NCBI GenBank assembly: GCA_913062675.1
Contig: CAJXWR010000001.1
Location: 34,492 to 98,491 of the forward strand
Direction: 5' to 3'
Source of the DNA: an uncultured Trueperaceae bacterium
GTDB taxonomy: Bacteria > Deinococcota > Deinococci > Deinococcales > Trueperaceae
DNA length: 64,000 nucleotides
Position numbers and translations under genes: made by a program. Below the pieces are notes generated by a model. That model saw only the letters and a list, made by a program, of their open reading frames with translations. It had not been told where the DNA came from and did no database searches. Positions 36,915 to 45,874 of the stretch are shown one piece after another; the stretch's first letter is position 1; the number at the start of each line of letters is the position of its first letter.

Positions 36915-38968
36915 TGGCACGCCACGCGTGCGTCCCCCACCTCGCGTAACGCCGGTCGCTCATCGCGACAACGCTCGGTCGCGTAGCGGCAGCGTGCAGC
37001 AAACGCGCATCCGGCCGGCCGGTTGGCAGGATCGGGTACGCCCCCCTGCAATGGAGGCAGCTCGTTGCGCTTCACCGACGGATCCGGTACGGGAACGGCC
37101 GCCAGCAACGCTTCGGTGTACGGGTGCCGTGGTGTCCGGTAGAGCGAGGTGCTTCTCGCCTCCTCCACGATTTCCCCTGCGTACAACACCACGACCCGAT
37201 CGCACAGCGACGACACGACCGACAGGTCGTGGGACACGAAGAGCATCGTGAGACCCCGCTCGGCCACGAGGCGCTCGAGGAGGTTGAGCACCTGCGCCTG
37301 CACCGACACGTCGAGGGCAGACACGGGCTCGTCGGCAATCAGGACCTGCGGGTCCGTCGCAAGCGCGCGGGCAATCCCGATGCGTTGCCGCTGACCGCCA
37401 CTGAAGGCATGGACGTAGCGTGTCGCGATGTCGGGCGATAAGCCCACCACGTCGAGCAGGTCGCCCACACGATCGTTGCGTTCCCGTCGCGTTACGTCCG
37501 TAAGCAAGTCGATGGGTTCTCCGATGACCTCGCGAACCGGGAGACGTGGGTCGAGCGAACCGTACGGATCCTGGAACACCATGCGGACCGAGCGATACAG
37601 GTTCCGCAGCTCACCCCGCTCGGCATGCACCACGTCGAGCGGTTCACGGCCGTCGCGATGCAACGTAATCACGCCACGCGTGGGCGGATGAAGACGGACC
37701 AGGGTGTGCGCGAACGAGGTCTTGCCACTGCCAGACTCACCGACGAGACCAACGGTTTCTCCCTTTCGCAGCGACAGGGAAACCCCTTCGACCGCACGCA
37801 CCGTGCCAATACGTCGCTGCAGCAAACCGCCATGCACTGGGTAGTGCACGTCCACCTCACGAACGTCGAGGACGACCGATTCCTGCACCTCATCGTCGAC
37901 ACCGACGTGCGACGGCGCATAGTCATCCTCCACACCGAGCCAAGGGAGTGCTTCGGGACTCGCAGCATCATCCCCATCGAACAGGTGGCATGCCACGCCA
38001 TGAGCCTCCCCAATCTCAAGCGTCACGGGTCGATCGACGTCGCAGCGACCGGGAATGGCAAAGGGGCAGCGATCTTGAAAGGCGCAGCCCTGGATTTCGG
38101 TCATCGCACTCGGGACGTTGCCGGGAATCGCAAAGCGGCGATGGGCACGCTCAGGGTCGATGCGTGGAATCGAGGCGAGCAGCCCCCGCGTATAAGGGTG
38201 GTGCGGATTCGCGAAGACCTCTCCAACGGGTCCGGATTCAACGACACGGCCAAGGTACATCACGGCAACGTCGTCCGCCATTTCGGCGACGACCCCGAGG
38301 TCGTGCGTGATCAGGATGAGCGACATGTCCTGCTCTCGCTGCAACTCACGAAGCAGATCGAGAATGGTGGCTTGCGTCGTGACGTCGAGCGCGGTGGTGG
38401 GCTCATCGGCGATGAGAAGTTGGGGGTCGCAAGCGAGCGCCATGGCGATCATCGCGCGCTGTCGCATACCGCCCGACAGTTCGAACGTGTACGACGCCAG
38501 GCGCTTCTCCGGATCGGGCATTCGCACGCGGTCAAGCAAAGTGACGGCACGCGCATACGCCTCGGAGCGCGTGACGTCACGGTGCAGCTGGATGGCCTCA
38601 ATGATCTGTTGGCCGATGGTATGCACGGGTGAAAGGGCCGACATGGGCTCCTGAAAGATCATGGCGATGTCGTTCCCACGCACGGCACGAATCTCTGCAC
38701 CGTACGGATCGAGCGTCGTGAGGTCCACGGCTCCGCGGGGCCCATCGAAGTGAATCGACCCACCCTCGATGACACCAGGATGCTGAACGAGCTGCAGGAT
38801 GGAGCGAGCTGCGACAGATTTGCCGCAGCCGGACTCGCCTACGATACAGAGCGTCTTGCCACGCTCCACGGAGAACGAGGCCCTTCGAACGGCGCGCACC
38901 TTCCCCTCGTCGGTGTTGAACGTCGTCTGCAGTTCCTCGACGCGGAGAATCGTGTCGCTTCGCGTCAT
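36875..38968 (-). CDS. ABC transporter ATP-binding protein, fused tandem ATPase (DppD/DppF-like)
   Basis: Two Walker A motifs ([16 protein letters not shown]), two LSGGxRQR signatures and oligopeptide-type C-terminal Cys motifs. The start is uncertain: ATG 38968 follows GGAGG, while the maximal ORF reaches 39028 and would overlap the PHP gene by 50 nt. Confidence 0.9.
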   Translation of the reverse strand: MTRSDTILRVEELQTTFNTDEGKVRAVRRASFSVERGKTLCIVGESGCGKSVAARSILQLVQHPGVIEGGSIHFDGPRGAVDLTTLDPYGAEIRAVRGNDIAMIFQEPMSALSPVHTIGQQIIEAIQLHRDVTRSEAYARAVTLLDRVRMPDPEKRLASYTFELSGGMRQRAMIAMALACDPQLLIADEPTTALDVTTQATILDLLRELQREQDMSLILITHDLGVVAEMADDVAVMYLGRVVESGPVGEVFANPHHPYTRGLLASIPRIDPERAHRRFAIPGNVPSAMTEIQGCAFQDRCPFAIPGRCDVDRPVTLEIGEAHGVACHLFDGDDAASPEALPWLGVEDDYAPSHVGVDDEVQESVVLDVREVDVHYPVHGGLLQRRIGTVRAVEGVSLSLRKGETVGLVGESGSGKTSFAHTLVRLHPPTRGVITLHRDGREPLDVVHAERGELRNLYRSVRMVFQDPYGSLDPRLPVREVIGEPIDLLTDVTRRERNDRVGDLLDVVGLSPDIATRYVHAFSGGQRQRIGIARALATDPQVLIADEPVSALDVSVQAQVLNLLERLVAERGLTMLFVSHDLSVVSSLCDRVVVLYAGEIVEEARSTSLYRTPRHPYTEALLAAVPVPDPSVKRNELPPLQGGVPDPANRPAGCAFAARCRYATERCRDERPALREVGDARVACHHAEELELVGASA

Positions 38969-38978
38969 CGCCTCCACG

Positions 38979-40343
38979 TCAACGCCTTCCATAGATTGGG
39001 TTACTGATGGCCCATGCTCCAGCGTCATCCCAGGCTTCCAGCGTCAGCCAACGAAACGACGTTGCATCGATGTCACGACGATGCTCGCCACGCTCCTCGT
39101 TCCCGAGGACTTCCCGCTGACCGTCGATGACGAGGTGCGCGCTCGCGCCTTCGGGAAGGTCATTCCACGCTGCTTCGATGATGACCACACCATCGTCCTC
39201 GACTTGGTCTCCCATGTGCACTTGCGAGCTGCTGGCCTCTTGCGTTCCATGGAGTTGCAGGATGGGTCCAGCGGAGACGTAGCTATGGCCACGCTTGAGC
39301 GCATCGAGAATCGCATCTGCCCGAAACTCTTGGGCATACACGACGTTCACCGCAGCCCGCGCCTGGCGCGCCGCTTCGAAGTGCTCACTGCGGCCGTGGT
39401 GATCGGTACCGCTCGTGGCGACGAGGCGGTGTCCTTCGTCGAGCCAGGATTGCCACAGCGCGATTCCCTCGCCATTCCGGTCGCTCCATACGCCGTTCCA
39501 AATCTCCACGCCTTTGGCGTTGCCTGGCATCATGTCGAGATGCTCCCAGCGGCATCCGCAGCACCAAGGGTCGCCCGGCTTGCGTGGGTGACAAATGATG
39601 GAGAGGCCGCCCACGTCATGAATCGCATCGGCAAGGCTGGAAACGGCAATGGTGGTGCCATCCTCGTTACGCCATTCGATGCGCTCGTGAACACCAAGGG
39701 CAAGCATGTGACCACGGTAGGTCGACACTTCACTCCCGCCGAGGGTGACCATCCCGTCGTGCGCCAGGCTGAGGTGCTCGGGAAGGCCGGTCACGGTGTT
39801 GTGATCGGTGAGGGTACAAAAGTCGAGGCCGTGCCGTTGCATGTAGTCGACGAGCTCGCGGTTGCCCCATGCGCCGTCGCTGTGCACCGTGTGGGCGTGC
39901 AAGTCACCGCGGTACCAGCCTGCACCACGGCTTCGTGGCTCGGCAGCTGCCGGCGCCTCGGGAAGCGTGATGTTGGAGGCGCCGTTTCGGAAGGTCACCT
40001 CGATTTCGAATTGGACGATGGTGTCCACCACGCGGTAGGTGCTGAGGAAGATCGTCCATCGGCCAGGCTCGATCCGCGTGGGAAAGGTCCCGGGGCTGGG
40101 GTTGGGACCAATGTCGGTACCTTCCTCGAAGCGATCGCCCGCACGGTTGATCTCCGACACCCACCCGTTTGGACCGTAGACGGTCATGCTGATCTGCTGT
40201 GGCAGGGAAGCACCTTCGGTATGGGCGGGATCGTAACGGAGCCGCACGTTGAGGTCCGTCGTGCCCTCGGGTACGTCGAACGGGAAGGTGCGGGTGATCC
40301 TCTCGTCGGTGCGCGTGAGGGTACCTTCGAATCGAATCGACAT
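38979..40343 (-). CDS. PHP-domain (CehA/McbA-like) metal-dependent hydrolase with N-terminal beta-sandwich-like domain
   Basis: 454 aa. An N-terminal ~140 aa region of unknown function is followed by a PHP signature: WYRGDLHAHTVHSDG ... TDHNT ... ICHP ... SGTDHHG. Confidence 0.8.
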   Translation of the reverse strand: MSIRFEGTLTRTDERITRTFPFDVPEGTTDLNVRLRYDPAHTEGASLPQQISMTVYGPNGWVSEINRAGDRFEEGTDIGPNPSPGTFPTRIEPGRWTIFLSTYRVVDTIVQFEIEVTFRNGASNITLPEAPAAAEPRSRGAGWYRGDLHAHTVHSDGAWGNRELVDYMQRHGLDFCTLTDHNTVTGLPEHLSLAHDGMVTLGGSEVSTYRGHMLALGVHERIEWRNEDGTTIAVSSLADAIHDVGGLSIICHPRKPGDPWCCGCRWEHLDMMPGNAKGVEIWNGVWSDRNGEGIALWQSWLDEGHRLVATSGTDHHGRSEHFEAARQARAAVNVVYAQEFRADAILDALKRGHSYVSAGPILQLHGTQEASSSQVHMGDQVEDDGVVIIEAAWNDLPEGASAHLVIDGQREVLGNEERGEHRRDIDATSFRWLTLEAWDDAGAWAISNPIYGRR

Positions 40344-40360
40344 GGAGGTCCTTTCGTGAA

Positions 40361-41503
40361 TCAGTTGGAGGAAAACGGGTCGGCCGCATCGCGGAGGCCG
40401 TCACCGAGGAAGTTCATGGCGAGGACGGCAACCACCACGGCACCGCCAGGAACGAAGAGCCATGGGGCCGTGGCCACCGAGCGAATGTTCTGCGCTTCCT
40501 GGAGCAGGACGCCCCAGCTGATGACGGGTTGGCGCAGCCCCAGCCCAAGGAAACTGAGTGCCGTTTCCGCGAGGATCATGGCGGGAATCGCGAGCGTGAC
40601 CGCGGCGATGATGTGCGACAGGAACGAGGGCACCATGTGACGGAACATGACGCGCCAAGGGCTCGCCCCGTCGAGGCGGGCGGCGCGCACGAAATCCTCG
40701 TTCTTGAGTGACAGGAAGCGTCCTCGCACCACACGCGCCAACCCCGTCCATCCGATGAGGGAGAGGATCAACGTGATGTAGAAGTAAATGAGGGCAGGGT
40801 TGACGTCCTTGGGCAGTGCCGCGGCGAGACCAATCCACAGGGGGATGGATGGAATCGATTGCAGGAATTCGATGACGCGTTGGATCAAGGTATCGACAGC
40901 ACCACCGTAATAGCCGGACAGCCCTCCGAAGATGAGCCCGAGGATCAGGCTCATGATGACGCCGACGAGGCCAATCGACAACGAGACTTGGGACCCGATG
41001 ATCGTGCGCGAGAACATGTCGCGACCCAGCCGGTCGGCGCCGGTGAGAAACATGGGTCGGTCGGGATCGGCTGGGCCAAACAAGTGCCGGTCGGCAGGAA
41101 TGAAGCCAAAGAGGCGGTACTCCGCGCCCCTTGGGAAGAACCGGATGGGGATGACGTTCTCGCGATCGGTTTCGAACACGCGGCGGCCCGATGCGTAGTC
41201 GACGCTGACCTTCAAATCGTAGACGTAGGGTCCGAAGATTCGGCGGCCTTCTTCGTTCGTTCGAATCCAGTGCACCGTTTGGGGAGGCGCATAGGTGTAG
41301 CGCGACTGGTACTCGTTGGGGCCGAAGGGGGCGATGAATGGCGCGAAGGCAGCTCCGAGGTAGAGCGCGATGGTGAGGACGGCACCCAGCATGGCGAGGC
41401 GGTGACGTCGGAACTTGCGCCAGATGAGTTGGGCGGGCGTGACGACGCGCGGCGCGTTCTCGCTCGCCCCAGCGTCTTCCAGCGTGGGCATGGCGACGCT
41501 CAT
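40361..41503 (-). CDS. ABC transporter permease (DppC/OppC type)
   Basis: 380 aa. N-terminal OppC_N-like TM helix and a BPD_transp_1 core with the EAA-like loop AARLDGASPWRVMFRHMVP. Confidence 0.9.
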   Translation of the reverse strand: MSVAMPTLEDAGASENAPRVVTPAQLIWRKFRRHRLAMLGAVLTIALYLGAAFAPFIAPFGPNEYQSRYTYAPPQTVHWIRTNEEGRRIFGPYVYDLKVSVDYASGRRVFETDRENVIPIRFFPRGAEYRLFGFIPADRHLFGPADPDRPMFLTGADRLGRDMFSRTIIGSQVSLSIGLVGVIMSLILGLIFGGLSGYYGGAVDTLIQRVIEFLQSIPSIPLWIGLAAALPKDVNPALIYFYITLILSLIGWTGLARVVRGRFLSLKNEDFVRAARLDGASPWRVMFRHMVPSFLSHIIAAVTLAIPAMILAETALSFLGLGLRQPVISWGVLLQEAQNIRSVATAPWLFVPGGAVVVAVLAMNFLGDGLRDAADPFSSN

Positions 41504-42486
41504 CGGAAGCGAATCCTCGGGTCGAGCCAGGCGAGGAGGAGGTCCGACACGAGCGTACCGACGACGGTGAGGAGGCTGAGCATCATGATGAAGCTCCCAG
41601 CGAGATACATGTCCTCGGCGCGCAATGCCTCGAGGAGCAGGGGTCCGGTCGTCTGCAAACTGAGCACGACGGACACGATCGTTGCGCCCGACACGAGCTG
41701 GACGAATACGTCGTTGAGGCTACTCACGAACGGATTGAGCGCAATGCGCAGTGGGTACTTTCGAATCGCATCGCGCTCGCGCATGCCCTTGGCGCGCGCC
41801 GTCACCACGTAGGGCTTCTTGAGTTCGTCGAGCAGGTTGGCGCGAACGACGCGAATGAGGCCTGCCGTTCCGGCCGTGCCGAGCACGACCATGGGAAGCC
41901 AGAGCTTGCCAAGGAAATCGCCGAGCTTGGCGAAGGACCATGGGGCATTAATGTACTCCGGGGAGAACAAGCCGCCCACACTTGCGCCGAAATATCGGAA
42001 CGATACGTACATTAAGACGAGCGCGAAAAGAAAATTGGGGATGGCGAGACCGATGAAGCCAAAGATGGTGGCGAGCATGTCGCCCACGGAGTACTGCCGT
42101 ACGGCGGAGTAAACGCCGATGGGTATGGCGATGATCCACACGAGCATGAGGCTGGAGAACGACACGACGAACGTCATGGCGAGCCGGGGCCAAATGAGTT
42201 CGTTGACGGGCAAATCCCACTGGAAGGAAAAGCCGAAGTCTCCTCGCGTAATGATCGAGCTCGTCCAATCCCAGTACTGCACGATCCAGGGCCGGTCGAG
42301 TTTGTAGAACTCGCGGATGGCCTGCTCCTGTTCGGGCGTCACCACTTGGCCGCTCTGGCGGGCGGCGAGGACGTACGTGTCCGCGTAATCGCCTGGCGGA
42401 AGAGTAATCACGGCGAACGCCACGAACGAAACGGCGATCAACGTCGGAATCATGTAGAGCAGGCGACGAAGAAGGTAGTTCGTCAT
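41500..42486 (-). CDS. ABC transporter permease (DppB/OppB type)
   Basis: MTNYLLRRLLYMIPTLIAVSFVAFAVI is the canonical DppB N-terminus. ATG 42486 follows GAGGAG. There is a 4-nt overlap with the next permease gene. Confidence 0.9.
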   Translation of the reverse strand: MTNYLLRRLLYMIPTLIAVSFVAFAVITLPPGDYADTYVLAARQSGQVVTPEQEQAIREFYKLDRPWIVQYWDWTSSIITRGDFGFSFQWDLPVNELIWPRLAMTFVVSFSSLMLVWIIAIPIGVYSAVRQYSVGDMLATIFGFIGLAIPNFLFALVLMYVSFRYFGASVGGLFSPEYINAPWSFAKLGDFLGKLWLPMVVLGTAGTAGLIRVVRANLLDELKKPYVVTARAKGMRERDAIRKYPLRIALNPFVSSLNDVFVQLVSGATIVSVVLSLQTTGPLLLEALRAEDMYLAGSFIMMLSLLTVVGTLVSDLLLAWLDPRIRFR

Positions 42487-42574
42487 GGGCTCCTCAAGAC
42501 TTCTGGTCGACCCCATGATGCCGCGTGGGCATCATGGGGTCGAGGAATGCGACGGAGTTCGTTACAGCGAAGTT

Positions 42575-44482
42575 CTAGTTGCCGTAGAAGAACGTTTCGA
42601 AGTTGAGCGGTCCAGGCCCGGGGTAGAGCCAACCACCGATGAGCGGGTTGGGAACGTTGCGAAGCGCGCTGTTCACAACCCGGTAGTCACCCTCGGGCAT
42701 GGCGAGGCCGATGACCCAAAGTCCGTCGGCGTGGAGTTGCAGCAGTTCCTTCATGCGGTCGGACTGCACCTCGGCCGAGGCGGACGTCGGGATGAGCGAC
42801 ACGAGTTCGATCATGCGCTGAATGTCGCTGGGCGGCGTGACGACGGGGTTGGCGGGTTCCGTACCGAAGTAGTTTTCGGCACCCCAGGCGTACCAACCGT
42901 AGGCCGCTTCGGGGACGTACTCGTCGGCAGCGAGAATGGGGAGCTGGCCCGTACCGTTCTCACCGGCCCACACGTAGGCATCGACGTCGTTGCCCTGACG
43001 GGCGGAACGAGCGAACTCGTCCGAACCCACGATCACGTTGACGTCGAGGCCCACGGCCTCCCAGTCACGCTCGATGAGCTGCATGACGTCGGCCCAATCG
43101 GCGCGGAATCCAGCATTGACGAGCACGTTGAAGGTGAAGGGTTCACCGTTAAGCATGCGCATGCCGTTGGCATCCCGCTCCGGGAGGACGCGATCGAGAT
43201 ACTCCGAGGCGAGTGCGGGATCATGCTCGGTGAATTGCGTGGCGAGCTGCTCGTTGTAGAAGGGACCCGAGCGGGGGGCCATCTGGTGCGGGGTGCCTTG
43301 GCCGACGTAGACCGTGTCGATGACGTTCTGACGGTCCATGGCAAGCGACAGGCCAACCCGGAAGTCCTTCTCTTGGAACAGCGCAGCGCGCTCCTCGAGG
43401 TCGTGCGTGTACTTGATGTGGAGGAGCATTTGGTTGTGATCGCTGTTCGTCAGGTCGACGAAGCGGTAGTCACCCTGGTCCTGCGAGTCGAACAGCACGG
43501 CCTTGTTGGGCGGCTGGCAGACGTCGCGGCGACAGAAGTGATCTTGGCCGTCCATCGTACGAAGGACGCGCACTTCCTCGTCGGGGGTGAGGCTCCAGGT
43601 GCGGAAATCGATGTAGGGAAGCTGGTTGCAGGCTTCGTCGACCTTGAAGTAGTACGGGTTGCGCTCGAAGGTGAAGCGCTCTTGACCGATGAACGGTGCG
43701 GTCGGAATCCAGGCCGTCATGAGCGGGCGGTCGGGATTGTTGTACTCCGAGTTCTGACCGTAGCGTCCGACGTTGGCGGCCCACCACTCGTTGTAGTCGT
43801 CGTATCCATCCTCGGCCATCAGCGCCTCGACGGCTTCAGGGTTCTTCTTCATGGAGAACTGCTCAAGGTAGTGCGCGGCGAACTGCGTCACTTGAACGCC
43901 GTAGCTCGTAGCGAGGTTCTGCAGCAGCGTGGAGTTGGGGGCATCCCAGCTCATGCTGAAGGTGAGATCATCGATGATTTCGACGACGGGCTTCTGGCCA
44001 TCGACGAGCATGTAGTCGTTGCAGCAGTTGTACGGCTCGAAGGCGACCTCGTCGAAGTAGAACTGGATGTCGGCGGTGGTGAAGGGGTGACCGTCGCTCC
44101 AGCGGAGGCCTTCACGGAGGGTGAACGTGTAGGCGCTGCCGTCCTCGGAGACTTCCCAGCCGGCGGCGATGTTGGGGATGACTTCCGAGCCGTCGGTGTT
44201 CCAGCGGACGAGGCCCTCGTAGCCGAACTGGCGGAACTCGGCGAGGCGGCTTCCGTCGTACAGGTCGAGCATTTCGCCACCGTACGTGCCGATCTCTTCG
44301 GCGACGGCGAGCACCATGGGGTTGGATGGGATGCGCTCGGCGGCGGGCGGAAGATCGCCTGCGGCGACGCGCTCGGCGAGCATCGGCGCTTCGCCGACGA
44401 CCTCGCACGTTTGGGCCATGGCTGCACCGGCAAAGAGCGCGAGCGCAGCAAGGGCAGTGACAAGTCTGGTCGTGATGTTCAC
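42575..44482 (-). CDS. ABC transporter substrate-binding protein, family 5 (peptide/nickel/opine type)
   Basis: GTG 44482 lies 4 nt after AAGGAGGG. Signal peptide VNITTRLVTALAALALFAGAAMAQ, then SBP_bac_5-like sequence (YTFTLREGLRWSDGHPFTTADI). Confidence 0.9.
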   Translation of the reverse strand: MNITTRLVTALAALALFAGAAMAQTCEVVGEAPMLAERVAAGDLPPAAERIPSNPMVLAVAEEIGTYGGEMLDLYDGSRLAEFRQFGYEGLVRWNTDGSEVIPNIAAGWEVSEDGSAYTFTLREGLRWSDGHPFTTADIQFYFDEVAFEPYNCCNDYMLVDGQKPVVEIIDDLTFSMSWDAPNSTLLQNLATSYGVQVTQFAAHYLEQFSMKKNPEAVEALMAEDGYDDYNEWWAANVGRYGQNSEYNNPDRPLMTAWIPTAPFIGQERFTFERNPYYFKVDEACNQLPYIDFRTWSLTPDEEVRVLRTMDGQDHFCRRDVCQPPNKAVLFDSQDQGDYRFVDLTNSDHNQMLLHIKYTHDLEERAALFQEKDFRVGLSLAMDRQNVIDTVYVGQGTPHQMAPRSGPFYNEQLATQFTEHDPALASEYLDRVLPERDANGMRMLNGEPFTFNVLVNAGFRADWADVMQLIERDWEAVGLDVNVIVGSDEFARSARQGNDVDAYVWAGENGTGQLPILAADEYVPEAAYGWYAWGAENYFGTEPANPVVTPPSDIQRMIELVSLIPTSASAEVQSDRMKELLQLHADGLWVIGLAMPEGDYRVVNSALRNVPNPLIGGWLYPGPGPLNFETFFYGN

Positions 44483-44891
44483 GGTTCCCTCCTTAAGGGC
44501 GGTTTTCTCTCCAAGAGAAGACACAAAGCGACCTGAAACCACTTCGGTGGTTTGAAGTGCGGACGCGTTCGTAAGTTAAGACACTATTGTCATGTCCGTG
44601 CAACGTTGCTCGTTGAACCGCCACTTCGCTCGTCGTTCCCCGCCAACTGGTAGGAGCGAGGGATCGCACAGCTTTTTGCGTCCTGCACCGGCATGAAGAG
44701 CGAGAACGTCGCCAACTCCATCGTGACCACCGTTCGGATGGGTCGCAGCGGCAGCATGAATGAAGTTGCATGCTGCCTCCCTAGATTCCTCGTTCGCTCG
44801 ATGCTGGAGGTAGAGCGGTCTTTCGGCCCTCCAGCACTGGAGGATCGGTCTTCAATGTCTTGGCTCCGACCGACCCAGTGGGGCCCCGAGG

Positions 44892-44897
44892 TACGCT
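44892..44897 (+). promoter_or_regulatory. -10-like hexamer directly upstream of the MOSC gene start
   Basis: TACGCT, 6 nt, GTG 44904. No SD. A GTG start is less typical for leaderless mRNAs. Confidence 0.3.
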
Positions 44898-44903
44898 TGG
44901 TGG

Positions 44904-45722
44904 GTGCTGTCGAGCATCGTGGTTCATGCGCTCAAGGGGGCGCGCGGCATTGCCCACGCCACGGCCATGGTGACGCCCATCGGCTTGGCGTTCGATCGCC
45001 GCTGGATGCTGGTGGATGATGCCGGGGACTTCGTGAGCCAGCGAATTGCCCCCTCACTCCGACACATCGAGGCGCACGGTGACGCCCGTGGCCTTCATCT
45101 CGTCTGGCGCGGCACGCAAAGTACGGTGTCACCGAGCCATATCCACGTCCCTCTTCCCTCGAGCACGGACGACGTCGTGGAGGTGACGGTATGGGACGAT
45201 CGGGTGCGCGCATCGTCCTGCGGTCATGACGCTCGACTGTGGCTTGACGCGCACCTCGGACATCCTTACGACCTCGTTGCCCTTGCATCGGATCGCGCGC
45301 GGCCAATGCGCACTTCACGTGTGCGCCCCGGCGCCCACGTCTCCTTTGCGGACGGGTATCCGTTCCTGATTGCCAACGAGGCGTCGTTGCGTGACCTGGA
45401 GTCCCGAGCCGGGCTTCCGTTTGCGATGGAACGGTTTCGACCCAACCTCGTGGTCGACGGTCTTGAGGCGTGGGAGGAGGACGAGCTTGCCGTCCTTCGG
45501 ATTGGGGAGGTGACGTTCGACCTCGTCAAGCCTTGCGTGCGTTGTGAGGTGACGACGCTCGACCCGGATGGTGGTCCTGCAGGCAAGGAGCCGCTCGCAA
45601 CCCTGGCGACCTTCCGGCGGGATCCCGAGGGGGGCGTCACCTTCGGTGTGAATGCGGTTGCGCGAGGTGAGGGGCGCGTCCACGTCGGTGACCGGGTCGA
45701 GGTGCTTGAGCGTCGCGCGTGA
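44904..45722 (+). CDS. MOSC domain protein (YcbX-like, N-terminal beta-barrel plus MOSC)
   Basis: 272 aa. IVVHALKGARG ... FDRRWMLVD ... FRPNLVV ... VKPCVRCEVTTLD carries the conserved MOSC Cys. Confidence 0.85.
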   Translation: MLSSIVVHALKGARGIAHATAMVTPIGLAFDRRWMLVDDAGDFVSQRIAPSLRHIEAHGDARGLHLVWRGTQSTVSPSHIHVPLPSSTDDVVEVTVWDDRVRASSCGHDARLWLDAHLGHPYDLVALASDRARPMRTSRVRPGAHVSFADGYPFLIANEASLRDLESRAGLPFAMERFRPNLVVDGLEAWEEDELAVLRIGEVTFDLVKPCVRCEVTTLDPDGGPAGKEPLATLATFRRDPEGGVTFGVNAVARGEGRVHVGDRVEVLERRA

Positions 45723-45874
45723 GGAACGCGCAATCCTGCCCCGAACGACAATCGTGGCGTGAACCCTCGGGGTAGACTTTCGGTCACGTTGGTGGCCGCT
45801 GCCGCGGGGTAGGGCCGAAACACCAAGTCTCAGACAAGGGAGGTTCGACGCGTGTCGAACGCGCCGGAACCGTC

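Noticed and set aside
38799-40640. 613-aa plus-strand ORF
   Set aside because: It is antisense to the PHP hydrolase and ABC genes and has no recognisable domains.
42485-44536. 683-aa plus-strand ORF
   Set aside because: It is antisense to the family-5 substrate-binding protein, which has a signal peptide, an SD and family motifs.
44693-45019. 108-codon plus-strand ORF spanning the structured region and the MOSC gene start
   Set aside because: It overlaps the MOSC gene out of frame and has poor composition. The hairpin array is more consistent with RNA structure.
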